The notes below the pieces were generated by a model. It did not search any database. It saw only the letters and a program-made list of their open reading frames with translations, and was not told where the DNA came from. Source: Candidatus Omnitrophota bacterium (GTDB taxonomy: Bacteria; Omnitrophota; Omnitrophia; JAHJGZ01). From it: 64,000 bases of DNA. Shown here piece by piece: positions 28,718 through 39,424 of the stretch. A program made the translations under genes and the position numbers. Where the stretch lies: the NCBI GenBank assembly GCA_018823795.1, contig JAHJGZ010000132.1, forward strand, positions 21,755 to 85,754, given 5' to 3'. The stretch's first letter is position 1. Every line of letters begins with the position of its first letter.

Positions 28718-30520
28718 TTAAGCAGTCACTTTTATGACTTCGTCTATTGTCGTGATTCCCTCTTGAACTTTTTCAAGTCCCGACTGCCACAACGTTTTCA
28801 TCCCTTTGTGGATTGCTTTTTCGTGAATAGTATCTGCCGATGCTCTATTATGAATAAGCTTTTTTATATCATTATCAATTATTAATATTTCACTCAGTAC
28901 TGTTCTCCCGAGGTATCCGGTCTTGATACAATACGGACATCCATCGGCTTCATAACCGTCTTTGCCATGTTCAAGATCCGAATAATAGAGCTGATCAGGT
29001 TCTTTTTCTCTTGCATGCAGAACTTTCTGTACTTTACAGTGTTCACAGAGGACGCGAACAAGTCTTTGTGAAATAACACAGTCTAAGGCATCGGCAATAA
29101 CGTAGGGTTCCAACCCCATATCCATAAGACGCGTAATAACATTACTCGCCCTATTCGTATGTAACGTACTAAATACTAAGTGCCCGGTTAAGGCACTTTT
29201 AAATGCAATTTCTGCGGTTTCACGATCTCTAATTTCTCCTACCATAATAATATCCGGATCATGACGCAGAATGGAACGGAGCCCCGCAGCAAAATCAAAA
29301 CCTATCTTCTGCTTGGTTTGCATCTGTGTAATACCTTCCAAATAGTATTCTACCGGATCTTCGATAGTAATAATTTTTCTATTATCCCTATTAAGTTGAC
29401 TCAAACACGTATAGAGCGTACTCGTCTTCCCGCTTCCGGTAGGACCGGTGACAAGAACCATTCCATGCGGCTTTTTCATAATGGTATCAATAAGTCGAGC
29501 ATATTCTTTGTTAAATCCCAAATGATGTAAGTCAAGTTCGATATGGCTGCTCAATAATCGTATATCAATACTTTCTCCATATGCAGTCGGCAATGTAGAT
29601 AGTCTCAGGTCAAGCAGACGATCATGTATTTTTACCTTTATTCTTCCATCTTGAGGAATCCTCCGTTCTGCAATATCAAGATTTGCCATTATCTTTATAC
29701 GTGAAATAATAGAATCTTTCAGATGCACAATATCTTGTGCAATATTTAATTTAACAAGAGATCCGTCAACACGATAGCGAATTTGTAGCTTGTCTATATA
29801 CGGTTCAATATGAATGTCGGTCGCTCGTGCTTCATACGCATCAAAGAATAGTTTATTGACGAACTTAATAATTGACGCTTCATTATCTTCATTTTTCGTT
29901 ATTTCATCAACGGGTACTCTATTATCTGCATACTCCTGTGCATCAAACACATGTTCAATAATTCCCTCAATACTTTCAGCACCAATACCATAATACTGAT
30001 TAATGCCTTTGATGATATCTTCTTCTCGTGCTAAGAACGGAATTACTTCTAATCCTAAAAATATTCGCAACTCATCAAAGAGGGTTACATTATTTAAGCT
30101 ATTAACCGCTATTTTTAAAACACCGTTCGATAATTCCAACGGCATAAATTTATAATGCAACACGACCTTCGGCGGTACCGCTTTAACTGCCTCTGGATCT
30201 ATTGGAAATGTTGTGATATTGATATGGTCTACAGGAGAAATAGGTTTTATTATATTTTCACGCCGTCGGTCTCTCAGGCCATCCCTTCTCTCATCACCGG
30301 TATCTTGACCCGATTGAGAATCATTATTAATGGGATGGGAATTCTCATCGGCTAACGCTGATTGAGAAAACATCACCATATGGTTTTCTTTATTGTGGCA
30401 CTCTTTACCGAACGATACGCTGCGAGCATGAGAAAAAACGGGTACAAATTTTTTACAACAGTACCATACTAATGATATGATTGAAACAACGACAAGAATG
30501 AAATTAAAATTATATTCCAT
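28718..30520 (-). CDS. gspE: GspE/PilB-family secretion ATPase with N-terminal hydrophobic helix
   Basis: Walker A VTGPTGSGKT, a T2SSE_N-like segment, and a tetracysteine motif (CEHC..CPYC). A strong GAGGTGAG SD precedes the ATG at 30520. Confidence 0.9.
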   Translation of the reverse strand: MEYNFNFILVVVSIISLVWYCCKKFVPVFSHARSVSFGKECHNKENHMVMFSQSALADENSHPINNDSQSGQDTGDERRDGLRDRRRENIIKPISPVDHINITTFPIDPEAVKAVPPKVVLHYKFMPLELSNGVLKIAVNSLNNVTLFDELRIFLGLEVIPFLAREEDIIKGINQYYGIGAESIEGIIEHVFDAQEYADNRVPVDEITKNEDNEASIIKFVNKLFFDAYEARATDIHIEPYIDKLQIRYRVDGSLVKLNIAQDIVHLKDSIISRIKIMANLDIAERRIPQDGRIKVKIHDRLLDLRLSTLPTAYGESIDIRLLSSHIELDLHHLGFNKEYARLIDTIMKKPHGMVLVTGPTGSGKTSTLYTCLSQLNRDNRKIITIEDPVEYYLEGITQMQTKQKIGFDFAAGLRSILRHDPDIIMVGEIRDRETAEIAFKSALTGHLVFSTLHTNRASNVITRLMDMGLEPYVIADALDCVISQRLVRVLCEHCKVQKVLHAREKEPDQLYYSDLEHGKDGYEADGCPYCIKTGYLGRTVLSEILIIDNDIKKLIHNRASADTIHEKAIHKGMKTLWQSGLEKVQEGITTIDEVIKVTA

Positions 30521-30546
30521 TTTCTCACCTCACGATACAATCTTCG

Positions 30547-30891
30547 TTATGTCGATTCTATATTAAAATATGATGCAACTTTTTCTATATGAAAGATTCC
30601 AGTAGCAATTCTTTCTTTTTCTACGTATTTAGCGTGAAAAGATATTTCGTGGAGTATCCAGTAAATAAATACGCAATGTATCTCTACTTCCATGGTGCGT
30701 ACTATTGGTAACATTTCATACACGGTTTGACGCGCCTTTTTTACAAATGCCGGCTTTGCTGCTGGATAATTTTCAAATGCCCACAATGCATAGTTTAATC
30801 CTCGACGAACGATATATCGCTTTTCCTCGTCGGTAATGCGTTCGGCTGTTTCTGCAAGCATATCTTTTTTATTATCAAGTACGGTTTTCAT
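30547..30891 (-). CDS. hypothetical protein
   Basis: 114-aa ORF directly upstream of gspE. No recognisable motif. Confidence 0.5.
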   Translation of the reverse strand: MKTVLDNKKDMLAETAERITDEEKRYIVRRGLNYALWAFENYPAAKPAFVKKARQTVYEMLPIVRTMEVEIHCVFIYWILHEISFHAKYVEKERIATGIFHIEKVASYFNIEST

Positions 30892-30971
30892 TTCCTCATT
30901 TACCTATGTCTTTTGATGATTTAAATAGTTTTTAAACATTTAATAAAATACTTTATTAACTAGATGTAAAA

Positions 30972-31000
30972 AGTATAACCCAAAGTACCCCTCTTGTCAA
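30972..31000 (-). promoter_or_regulatory. candidate sigma-70 promoter (TTGACA, 17 nt, TATACT)
   Basis: The minus sense reads TTGACAagaggggtactttgggtTATACT, about 75 nt upstream of the ATG at 30891. Confidence 0.55.
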
Positions 31001-31105
31001 GGTATGGCAAAAATATACTTAACTAATTGATGTTATTAATGTTACACTTTCTTGCTGCTGGTAAATTTAATGAATTGGGCAGGATTGTGGCATTAAGGTA
31101 GAATG

Positions 31106-32152
31106 TTAGAAATTATCAACAATTCTCATAAAAGCAGCTACTACTTTAGGGTCAAACTGTGACCCAATATTTTTCCTTATCTCTTCAATACACTCTTCTT
31201 TAGTAAATTGTCTAACACGATACGGCCGTTCAGACATTATTGCATCATACGTATCAGCAACTGCTATGATGCGAGCTCCCAGTGGAATCTGGTCGCCGGG
31301 CGTACCAAATGGATATCCTCTGCCGTCATATCGTTCATGATGGTGTGTGACCAACTGAATGGCAGAACCAAGAAAATCAAGGGGTTTTAAAATCTCTCCC
31401 GCTTTGAGTGGATGTTGTTTTATTTGATCAAATTCTTCTTCAGTCAATTTCCCTGGTTTGTTCAATACCATATCCAAAATACCAATTTTTCCTATATCAT
31501 GTAATTGCGCAGCCCTATCAATGAGCTCAACCTCATCAGAAGGAAGCATCATTTCCTTCGCAAGAGCAACAGAATATTTCGCAACATTTTCCGAGTGATG
31601 AGCAGTATACGAATCTTTTGCTTCCATTGCGCTAATCAAAGCAGTAATAATGCGTAAATAAACGTTTTTAAGATCTTCATAGGCTACCTGCAATTTCTGT
31701 GTTCTTTCTTGTACTTTTTCTTCAAGAATTTTATTCTGGCCCGAGACCTCTTTCATCAACCGTTTATTTGTTTTAACATGATGCCGTGATGCAAGTGCCC
31801 GTCTCACTGCAAAGGTCATCTGTTCAAGATCAAAGGGTTTCGGGACATAATCAAAAGCACCGGCGCGAAGCGCTCCGCGCATATTCTCTATCGAATTGTA
31901 CCCCGTAATTACGATAATAATGGCATCGGGATCATTTCGTCTAATATGTTCAATGATATTTAAACCGTCATCACCCGGGAGCATAAAATCGATAATAATA
32001 AGATCAAAATCTTCATTCATTGCTGTTTCATAACCTGCCTCACCGGTTGCAACCGCTTTCACGGTACACCCTTGATCTACTAATAAGTCGATAAGGAAAT
32101 TACGAATTATTTCTTCATCATCGATAACGAGTACTTTGCTCGGTCCTTCCAT
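31106..32152 (-). CDS. response regulator with HD-GYP phosphodiesterase domain
   Basis: A receiver domain (VLVIDDEEII...DLIIIDFMLPG) plus HD..HHERYDGRGYP. Confidence 0.9.
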   Translation of the reverse strand: MEGPSKVLVIDDEEIIRNFLIDLLVDQGCTVKAVATGEAGYETAMNEDFDLIIIDFMLPGDDGLNIIEHIRRNDPDAIIIVITGYNSIENMRGALRAGAFDYVPKPFDLEQMTFAVRRALASRHHVKTNKRLMKEVSGQNKILEEKVQERTQKLQVAYEDLKNVYLRIITALISAMEAKDSYTAHHSENVAKYSVALAKEMMLPSDEVELIDRAAQLHDIGKIGILDMVLNKPGKLTEEEFDQIKQHPLKAGEILKPLDFLGSAIQLVTHHHERYDGRGYPFGTPGDQIPLGARIIAVADTYDAIMSERPYRVRQFTKEECIEEIRKNIGSQFDPKVVAAFMRIVDNF

Positions 32153-32237
32153 ACTTTTATCTCCTCAAAAATAACATCTGTTATTCTATCGCGTATAATT
32201 TATACCCTAAATTACTCACCATTACAACACAATATTC

Positions 32238-33791
32238 TTAGTATCGGCACAACGGTAAAAAAACAGTAAACGTCGTCCCGACTCCAATGTCACTGGTTAC
32301 CTCTATTTTTCCATTATGCTCTTTCACGATCTGATTTGAAATTGATAACCCCAAACCGATATTGCCTTCATGTTCTCTCATTGAAAAAAATGATTTAAAT
32401 ATCTTATCAATATTTTCTTTTGGAATGCCCGAGCCGGTATCCGCAAATCCCAATATAACCATGTCCTGTCCCTTATGCTGCTCCGCGCGTACTGAAATAC
32501 GCAATTCTCCGCCCTGCGGCATTGCCTGTGATGCATTCGCAATAAGGTTAATAAATATTTGCTCTATTCTATTTGCACTACCATTAACAGTAATCGATTC
32601 TGCCTCGGATGCCGTCACAATTGTTTTAATAGCACGGCTGGTCAGTTGATACTCCATGATAGCAAGAGACATTTGAAGAATCTCTTTGATGTTAACCGGT
32701 TCGAATTCCGGTTTTTCTTTTCGCGAATAGCTTAATAAATCGCTAACGATATCTTTGCACCGCATCGACTCTTTTTCCAAATACCCAAGGTATTTTTCAC
32801 AGGCTTTAAAATCATTGTAATCATACGCGGGTTGACGTATTTTATTCATCATAAACTGCACATACCCGATAATGCCGCCCAGTGGATTATTAAGTTCATG
32901 GGCAACACTCGCACCGATAAGTCCAATAGCAGCCATTTTGCTTGACTGCATTAATTGATACTGCGCCGCGTGTAACTTACTGTTCGCTAACTCAAGTTCT
33001 GCGGTCCGTTCTTGCACTTTCTCTTCTAACGTCCTATTCCAAAGCTCAATTTTCTCTTTTGAGGTCTTAAGTTTTCGCGTCATAATATTAAATGCGTCAG
33101 CAAGCATTCCAATTTCATCATTATTTTTGACCACAATGTGATGCTCAAGGTTCCCTGCGCCAATAATTTTTGCTCCCTCTTCAATAACTGAAATCGGTCG
33201 GACAATCAATCCATTCAGCAACACATACAATAATACACTTATTTCGAGCAAGAGTATTATCGCTGAATAGAGTGAAGAATGGATTTGCTGTATATATAAG
33301 TTATAAAACTTATCCCGTGATAAAATGACTCGCACGAAGCCCAATTCAATATCGTGTTCCTGTATCGACATACGAACGGGTGCTTGATAGACCGTCCCTC
33401 TTTCTGAAACCATTTTTGCGAAATTACCGGTACTATTAGGATCTATTGAAGAATATTTTGTAACGAGCATATCAGCGACATAAATCTCAATCGCGTTAAT
33501 ATTGCCGTATGATTTTGCAATCATTTCTATAACTTTTTTTAATGCCTCAAAATTATTTTCATGGAGCGCCTCACTACATGCAGAAGCAATACCCCGCACA
33601 AGCGAGGTTCCGTAAGCATCGGATTGTTCACGAACCACTCGTCGTGTTTCCTTGATACTGTATAACAAAAAAATGGCAGTAAAAATTCCAACGGTCAATA
33701 AAATGATGGCGAGGAGTTTTGCTTGCAGCAATCGAGATCTATGGGAAGATACGGTATCCTTCTTTTCTCTGCTACTTCGTTTCCGGTACAT
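32238..33791 (-). CDS. sensor histidine kinase (TM, HAMP, HisKA, HATPase)
   Basis: H-box SVAHELNNPL, N/G boxes (NLIANASQA, DTGSGI, GLGLSIS) and a HAMP segment. Confidence 0.9.
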   Translation of the reverse strand: MYRKRSSREKKDTVSSHRSRLLQAKLLAIILLTVGIFTAIFLLYSIKETRRVVREQSDAYGTSLVRGIASACSEALHENNFEALKKVIEMIAKSYGNINAIEIYVADMLVTKYSSIDPNSTGNFAKMVSERGTVYQAPVRMSIQEHDIELGFVRVILSRDKFYNLYIQQIHSSLYSAIILLLEISVLLYVLLNGLIVRPISVIEEGAKIIGAGNLEHHIVVKNNDEIGMLADAFNIMTRKLKTSKEKIELWNRTLEEKVQERTAELELANSKLHAAQYQLMQSSKMAAIGLIGASVAHELNNPLGGIIGYVQFMMNKIRQPAYDYNDFKACEKYLGYLEKESMRCKDIVSDLLSYSRKEKPEFEPVNIKEILQMSLAIMEYQLTSRAIKTIVTASEAESITVNGSANRIEQIFINLIANASQAMPQGGELRISVRAEQHKGQDMVILGFADTGSGIPKENIDKIFKSFFSMREHEGNIGLGLSISNQIVKEHNGKIEVTSDIGVGTTFTVFLPLCRY

Positions 33792-33865
33792 ACTTTTTTA
33801 TTCCTCTTGTGTTATGCACGATAATGCACACGAAGGTACGCGCGTTACCGCACGAGCGTAACAAT

Positions 33866-34624
33866 TTATTCAAGGTTAAAGATAAATGAAGGGTCGAGTT
33901 CGTGTAGCTCCTGACAAACTGTATTAATTTTTGTTTTCAAGACATTCGTTTTCTTTTTGAGCCACCGAGAATAAAGATCAAGGAAAAGGTTCTGCTTCGA
34001 TTCAAATTCTATCTTTTGTTCATAGAGCTTCATGTAATCAAGAAACTGTCCAAATTCACTGTCTTCATATCTGTTCAGGAAGAGAAAAAAACTTTTTCTT
34101 GCGTACAACATCGATTTTACATACAGGGGTAAATTTTTTGATAATTTCAATAAAACATCTGCTATTGCCGTTTTTCGCCGGTAGATTTTTTTATTCAGTT
34201 GAGCAGCATTCGAATAAAAGTCTTTTGCGTTGTCCTCGAACGATTCTAACCCCTTGGCAGGGTCTTTATTGTACGGAGCCTGTCTACATAAATCACGAAA
34301 GATACCTAAATGAACAAGCAAATTATCAGCATTAACTTTAAAAATGAAATACTTTAAATAGTTATCTTCAGCCATGTCAGCTAATACGCGAACTTCCGTT
34401 TCGTGAAGTGAAATATACTGTTCGGTAATACTGCTATAATTGGGCATTGATATGGCATAGAGGAGATGGGCAATATAAAGATTTACATCTTCATCGAACC
34501 CTTTAGAATTCGTATCAAATTTTGCCTTAACACGGGCATTTATATAACTATCTAACAGCATATTTATAACTTCTTCCTTCTTGTTTGCATCAGGAACATC
34601 AAAGTAAAAAGTGTCGTTATCCAT
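33866..34624 (-). CDS. hypothetical protein
   Basis: 252-aa ORF with no motif I recognise. Confidence 0.5.
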   Translation of the reverse strand: MDNDTFYFDVPDANKKEEVINMLLDSYINARVKAKFDTNSKGFDEDVNLYIAHLLYAISMPNYSSITEQYISLHETEVRVLADMAEDNYLKYFIFKVNADNLLVHLGIFRDLCRQAPYNKDPAKGLESFEDNAKDFYSNAAQLNKKIYRRKTAIADVLLKLSKNLPLYVKSMLYARKSFFLFLNRYEDSEFGQFLDYMKLYEQKIEFESKQNLFLDLYSRWLKKKTNVLKTKINTVCQELHELDPSFIFNLE

Positions 34625-35070
34625 ATATACCTCACATAGTTACTATGTTTATACTGTTTTATATACAGTTCAACCTTGAATTCTTATAAAAAAGTTTAAC
34701 ATACACCACTGGTGTTGTCAATCAATGCCATTCATAAATCATTTAATAACAGCATGTTAAAGTATACTTATTTAAAAAGTTTCTAAAACATATAAAAAAA
34801 TATCTATCTATCCCCCCTGTATTACGATACACACAACACAGGGGCAATTCTGACATTAACTCTTTATCTGACAATATGTTATGCCAATTATCATGCTTGA
34901 ATAAACACCACTTCAACCAGAATTACGTTAGTATATATCGGCACAAATATTCAAATTCCTTACTATATCATTTTCATTATTTATACATCCGCGGTCAGTC
35001 TAATGCAAAGAAATCTTAAGTTTTATACCGAATTCGCCGTTAATTTTAAAGAGAAGGAAGGGCCTATACC

Positions 35071-35253
35071 ATGGATCTTAAAGCAATCGGAATTAATAGT
35101 CGAATGATCGAGAGAACAGAGTATAGTGACGTTAATCAAAGTGGTATACGAAAAAATCGGGTTGAATCAGACAAGGAACACATGCGCCCCCAAGATAAAA
35201 GCACATCCGTTGTTAACAAAGATAAAGGGAGGATTATAGATGTATCTTTTTGA
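35071..35253 (+). CDS. small hypothetical protein (60 aa)
   Basis: A GAAGGAAGG SD-like sequence lies ~10 nt upstream of the ATG. It is an isolated plus-strand ORF in a 700-bp intergenic region, with a hydrophilic, low-complexity sequence. Confidence 0.3.
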   Translation: MDLKAIGINSRMIERTEYSDVNQSGIRKNRVESDKEHMRPQDKSTSVVNKDKGRIIDVSF

Positions 35254-35323
35254 ATTTGTTCAAATATGTCTCATGGTAATGGTGCTTTTCGTCTTGAGTT
35301 GTTTAGATTAATTAAACGATGTG

Positions 35324-36091
35324 CTACGACACCATCACTCCCACATCCTTCATAAACCGCATACTTTTAAGTTCATGATGAAGATGGTAGGAAATAAACG
35401 ACTGCATAAGCCGCATCATTTCGCCTTCAATTGTATTACTCACCTGAAACGCATTTAAGTCAGTAAAGGTATGTTCTTTCAAGAATTTCATTGCTGCAAT
35501 GCAACCAGAAGAAATGTCAATGTGCTCACGAGCCTTTTGGCGGCAGGCGGCCTGTGAACAGATAATGCCACCGTGATGAAAGCTAAAAAAAAGACGAGAC
35601 GGTAATTGCGCCCGTCCACATACAGAACATTTTTCCAGATTAGGAAAAAGACCACTATATTTTAAAACGTTTACCTCGAACAAACGTAAGAGTTTCAGCG
35701 GATGCGTGCATTTCAGTTCACACAACACATAGAGCAGCAGATTAAATAATTCCTTCTGTTGTTGATGCGCTTGCGTTACTTCATCGACTAAATCAACCAT
35801 ATAACTCGCCACACAAATTTTAACAAAATCATTGCGAATAAATGAAAAAGATTCTTTAACGGTTGAATCGGTAATGAGATTGATTTCACGCTGTGGGTGG
35901 TGATAAAAAACTATTTCTTGGTAGGTAAACGGTTCAAAATGACTTAAGAGAGGGCTTCTTCCCTTGCGGACCCCCTTGCTGATTGTTTTGATCTTCCCAA
36001 AATCCCGACTTAAAAACGTAATAATGAGGGACGTTTCTCGAATAGGTGCACTGCGTAAGACAATAGCATCTGTCTTTTCTACTGTTGACAT
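35324..36091 (-). CDS. recO: DNA repair protein RecO
   Basis: 255 aa with an OB-fold N-terminus and a C-terminal Cys cluster (CSVCG...C..AAC). Confidence 0.85.
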   Translation of the reverse strand: MSTVEKTDAIVLRSAPIRETSLIITFLSRDFGKIKTISKGVRKGRSPLLSHFEPFTYQEIVFYHHPQREINLITDSTVKESFSFIRNDFVKICVASYMVDLVDEVTQAHQQQKELFNLLLYVLCELKCTHPLKLLRLFEVNVLKYSGLFPNLEKCSVCGRAQLPSRLFFSFHHGGIICSQAACRQKAREHIDISSGCIAAMKFLKEHTFTDLNAFQVSNTIEGEMMRLMQSFISYHLHHELKSMRFMKDVGVMVS

Positions 36092-36113
36092 ATACTAGTT
36101 ACGTTTCACCTCA

Positions 36114-36773
36114 TTACCGCTCCAATGGTTTCCACGGCGGTGTTACGGCACCACCCGATATGATTAATTTCATAACATCTTCAACACTCATATCGAGTTC
36201 ACACAGGTCCTCTTCAGGGACAAAAAGCAGGAAACCACTCGTGGGATTTGGCGTCGTGGGAATAAAAACACTGATAAGCCTTTTTTCAGTTTTTTCTTGT
36301 ATTTCTCCACTCGCTTCGGTGGTTACTATGCCCAGGACATACGTTCCTTTGCGCGGGTATTCAACTAACACGGGTCGTTTAAAAACAGATTGTTTTTTTA
36401 TTAAAAATGTCCGACTAATTTGTTGAATCGCAACATAAATTTTATTCACGAAGGGGACCTTCATCAGTATCCTTTCGCCAAAATTAATAACTCTGCTGAC
36501 AAAAAAGTTCCGTACCAATATCCCCAACAAAGTAATAAGAGAAAGAATACTGACAAGAATGACTACTTTTACTGAAAGGGTAATGTAGCGAGGATCCGTA
36601 CCCTGTAAATACGGCCGCAGGAGCTGAATCGTTGGATTAAGAAGGGCCTCGTTAACCAGCGATAAAATAAATTTAACGACAAGATAGACGACCCATATCG
36701 GCAAGATAGCCGTAATACCAGCCAAAAAATTATTCCGTAGTGCTCCAAATATATGCGCTCTCCTTTTTCCCAT
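36114..36773 (-). CDS. DUF502-family membrane protein
   Basis: 219 aa, two N-terminal TM segments, then the conserved PTTPNPTSGFLLFVP motif. Confidence 0.8.
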   Translation of the reverse strand: MGKRRAHIFGALRNNFLAGITAILPIWVVYLVVKFILSLVNEALLNPTIQLLRPYLQGTDPRYITLSVKVVILVSILSLITLLGILVRNFFVSRVINFGERILMKVPFVNKIYVAIQQISRTFLIKKQSVFKRPVLVEYPRKGTYVLGIVTTEASGEIQEKTEKRLISVFIPTTPNPTSGFLLFVPEEDLCELDMSVEDVMKLIISGGAVTPPWKPLER

Positions 36774-36786
36774 AGTATAACTCCTC

Positions 36787-37266
36787 TTACGTCCTCTTCA
36801 CGCGTCGTGTTATTGCCGCTAAAAGTTCGTGTTGTTTTTTTTCCATTCGTTGTCGGTCTTTATTTTTTATATCGTCATAGCCGAGAATATGTAAAATCCC
36901 GTGAATCACATATAAGATGACTTCCTGTCGAAAGGTTGTATGAAAGCGACCTGCCTGCACTTTTGCCTGATCAAGAGAAATAACAACCTCTCCCATCAAA
37001 CACACCATCCCGTGGGACCGTGTCGGAATTTCCTCTCCAATGGGAAACGCTAAAACATCGGTAGCGGCATTTCTCCTCTTGTACGTTTTGTTTAATCGAC
37101 GTATCGTTCTGTTACCTACCAAATAAATATTCAAGAGGCCGCTGCGTATACCGCAACGAGTGAGAGTAACGCGTGCTATCTTTTCAATAGAGTGTGCTGA
37201 TATCCGATACTTTTTTGTCGCAATAACGACTTTAATCGTTACGTTTCTTTTTCTGGGTATTTTCAT
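36787..37266 (-). CDS. ybeY: rRNA maturation endoribonuclease YbeY
   Basis: HGILHILGYDD zinc-binding motif. Confidence 0.9.
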   Translation of the reverse strand: MKIPRKRNVTIKVVIATKKYRISAHSIEKIARVTLTRCGIRSGLLNIYLVGNRTIRRLNKTYKRRNAATDVLAFPIGEEIPTRSHGMVCLMGEVVISLDQAKVQAGRFHTTFRQEVILYVIHGILHILGYDDIKNKDRQRMEKKQHELLAAITRRVKRT

Positions 37267-39424
37267 TGATCATTTCTGGATATTCAACGCGTGTATGAAA
37301 AATGGCCATAAGATTTCTGATAAAACTTTCTTTTATTTTATATAAGTCAAGAAGGGTCAACTCGCATTCATCCAATTGATTATCCAAAAACTTATCATTA
37401 ATCATTTTATCGACTAAACCACGGAGACTTCCCGGCGTAGGCTCTGAAAGTGCCCGCGAAGCTGCTTCTATTGAATCAGCAAGGAGAGTAATAGCAATTT
37501 CCTTACTTTGCGGCTTGGGTCCAGTATATCTAAAATCGGTAATATTAATACTGCCGTCCTTTTCAAGTTGATCAAGCGCCTTTTTATAGAAAAAATACAC
37601 CGGGCCGGTTCCGTGATGCTGCATAATAAAATCAACGATTATCTTTTTGAGATTGTACTTTGTTGCCATCTGTATACCGTCTTTGACATGATTCGTTATA
37701 ATAAAATAGCTCATACGCGGCGTCAGATTGTCATGTACATTTTTCCCTTTCGCCGTTTGATTTTCGGTGAAATATTCTGCCTTTGCAATTTTCCCAATAT
37801 CATGAAAATAAGCGCCAACGCGCGCAAGAAGCGAATTAGCACCGATCGCCTCACTCGCTGATTCCGCTAAATTACTGACCACCAGGCTATGATGATACGT
37901 TCCGGGCGCTTCAATAATAAGTCGTTTTAAAAGAGGATGATTCAAATCTGAAAGTTCCAGAAGCGTAATAGACGTTGTTTTATCAAACAATTTTTCAAAA
38001 AGAAAGAGTCCGGGAATAAGTAATATCGTAATAAAAAATCCGTTCACCATCCCTATCGTCGCTTTGTTGAGTGCTTCAATGAGTATCATTTCTTTCAGTA
38101 CAAAAAAACCAAAAATGATACACGAGTTAATAACACCGACAAGGGCACCAACAACAAAAAAACGTGAACGACGACGAACATCAAGCATCATGTAGACCCC
38201 ACCAATACTGGCAAAAAGAGTCGTAATGATAACCAGCGGATCATAATTGGTCATAAGCCCGCTCAACACTGCCATACCAATGCCAATACAAAATCCAATA
38301 CGCGGCTTAATAAGAATTGCAAGAAGGAGTGCTGCAAAGGACGTCGGCAGCAAAAACACATTGAGTTGCATAAAACTAAGTAATCCTTTATTTAACAGGA
38401 GGTTAAATATAATAGCAGTATTGATCAATAATATATCATTTAATGAATAATACAGTTTTGGTTCAAAATGCAAAAGATAATTGGCTAAAATGATAATAAA
38501 AAAGAGCGCGATAACGCCAACGCCAATAAACCCAGTAGCAACTTTCTTTTTTTTAATTTTTTTCTCAATCTCCGCAAGCCGTGCAATTTCTTCATAGGTA
38601 ATAATGCTTCCGCGACGGAGTACGATTTCATTCTTTTTTACACTTTGCTCGACCGGAAGTGTTTCTTTATATACTTTTTCTCTCTTGACCTCAGTCCCTT
38701 CTTTGTCAAAGACAAGATTCGGCTCAAGAAAACTATTCACGACCTCAGAAAAAACATCTCGGTCTTTTCGCTGTTTTGGAAACGTTTCCATTGCAATACG
38801 ACGCACACTATCACGTGCTTCACTCAGTGAAACCAAATCAAGCACACTTACTTCCGTCTCTCCGGTAGTACGTACAATAAATACCGTCCATTTATTTTGA
38901 TTACGCAATTCTACTTTTTCCGCAAAACTGATTAACCCATTTCCCAAAAGAGAGGTAACGCTTGCGCGCACCATCTCTTGAAAGGTTTCACTGCCCTCGA
39001 TTTCAAGGACTGTTTTCAAACTGGTCTCAGCGAGAATGGTACGGATCACCTCAGGCGGAGAAACAGGCTTCTCTGTCCCTTTTAATTTCTCAATCTCAGC
39101 AAAGAACGCAGTGATATTTTTTTCAACACGTTTATTAACCTCTTCATCAATTTTATATTGTAGCAAGACGTGATCAGCAGCGAGTCGTTTAGCCCGTTTT
39201 GTTTCCTCCTCATCAATAAACGTGAAATTAAAGGGAGAATACATATCCTGGGGGGCAGGTTCACCGATATTAACGTCAACCTTCCACTCGCTCCCTTTTG
39301 GATCATAGGTAATAATACCGACGATCATAAGAAAAGAAAGCGTGAATATAAGAAAGCGGTAAAAGCTCTCAGTGCTAAACTTTCCTGTTTTTTCTTTTGG
39401 TTCGTTTTTTTTCGTCTTTTTCAT
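37232..39424 (-). CDS. 7TM-HD (HDIG) membrane phosphohydrolase, PgpH/YqfF-like
   Basis: 730 aa with a large extracytoplasmic N-terminal domain, a 7TM block, and an HD domain with YFHDIGK. Confidence 0.85.
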   Translation of the reverse strand: MKKTKKNEPKEKTGKFSTESFYRFLIFTLSFLMIVGIITYDPKGSEWKVDVNIGEPAPQDMYSPFNFTFIDEEETKRAKRLAADHVLLQYKIDEEVNKRVEKNITAFFAEIEKLKGTEKPVSPPEVIRTILAETSLKTVLEIEGSETFQEMVRASVTSLLGNGLISFAEKVELRNQNKWTVFIVRTTGETEVSVLDLVSLSEARDSVRRIAMETFPKQRKDRDVFSEVVNSFLEPNLVFDKEGTEVKREKVYKETLPVEQSVKKNEIVLRRGSIITYEEIARLAEIEKKIKKKKVATGFIGVGVIALFFIIILANYLLHFEPKLYYSLNDILLINTAIIFNLLLNKGLLSFMQLNVFLLPTSFAALLLAILIKPRIGFCIGIGMAVLSGLMTNYDPLVIITTLFASIGGVYMMLDVRRRSRFFVVGALVGVINSCIIFGFFVLKEMILIEALNKATIGMVNGFFITILLIPGLFLFEKLFDKTTSITLLELSDLNHPLLKRLIIEAPGTYHHSLVVSNLAESASEAIGANSLLARVGAYFHDIGKIAKAEYFTENQTAKGKNVHDNLTPRMSYFIITNHVKDGIQMATKYNLKKIIVDFIMQHHGTGPVYFFYKKALDQLEKDGSINITDFRYTGPKPQSKEIAITLLADSIEAASRALSEPTPGSLRGLVDKMINDKFLDNQLDECELTLLDLYKIKESFIRNLMAIFHTRVEYPEMINENTQKKKRND

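Noticed and set aside
35071-35253. Anti-sigma-28 FlgM identity for the 60-aa plus-strand ORF
   Set aside because: It lacks the conserved C-terminal sigma-binding helices and there are no flagellar genes nearby. I kept it only as a low-confidence hypothetical.
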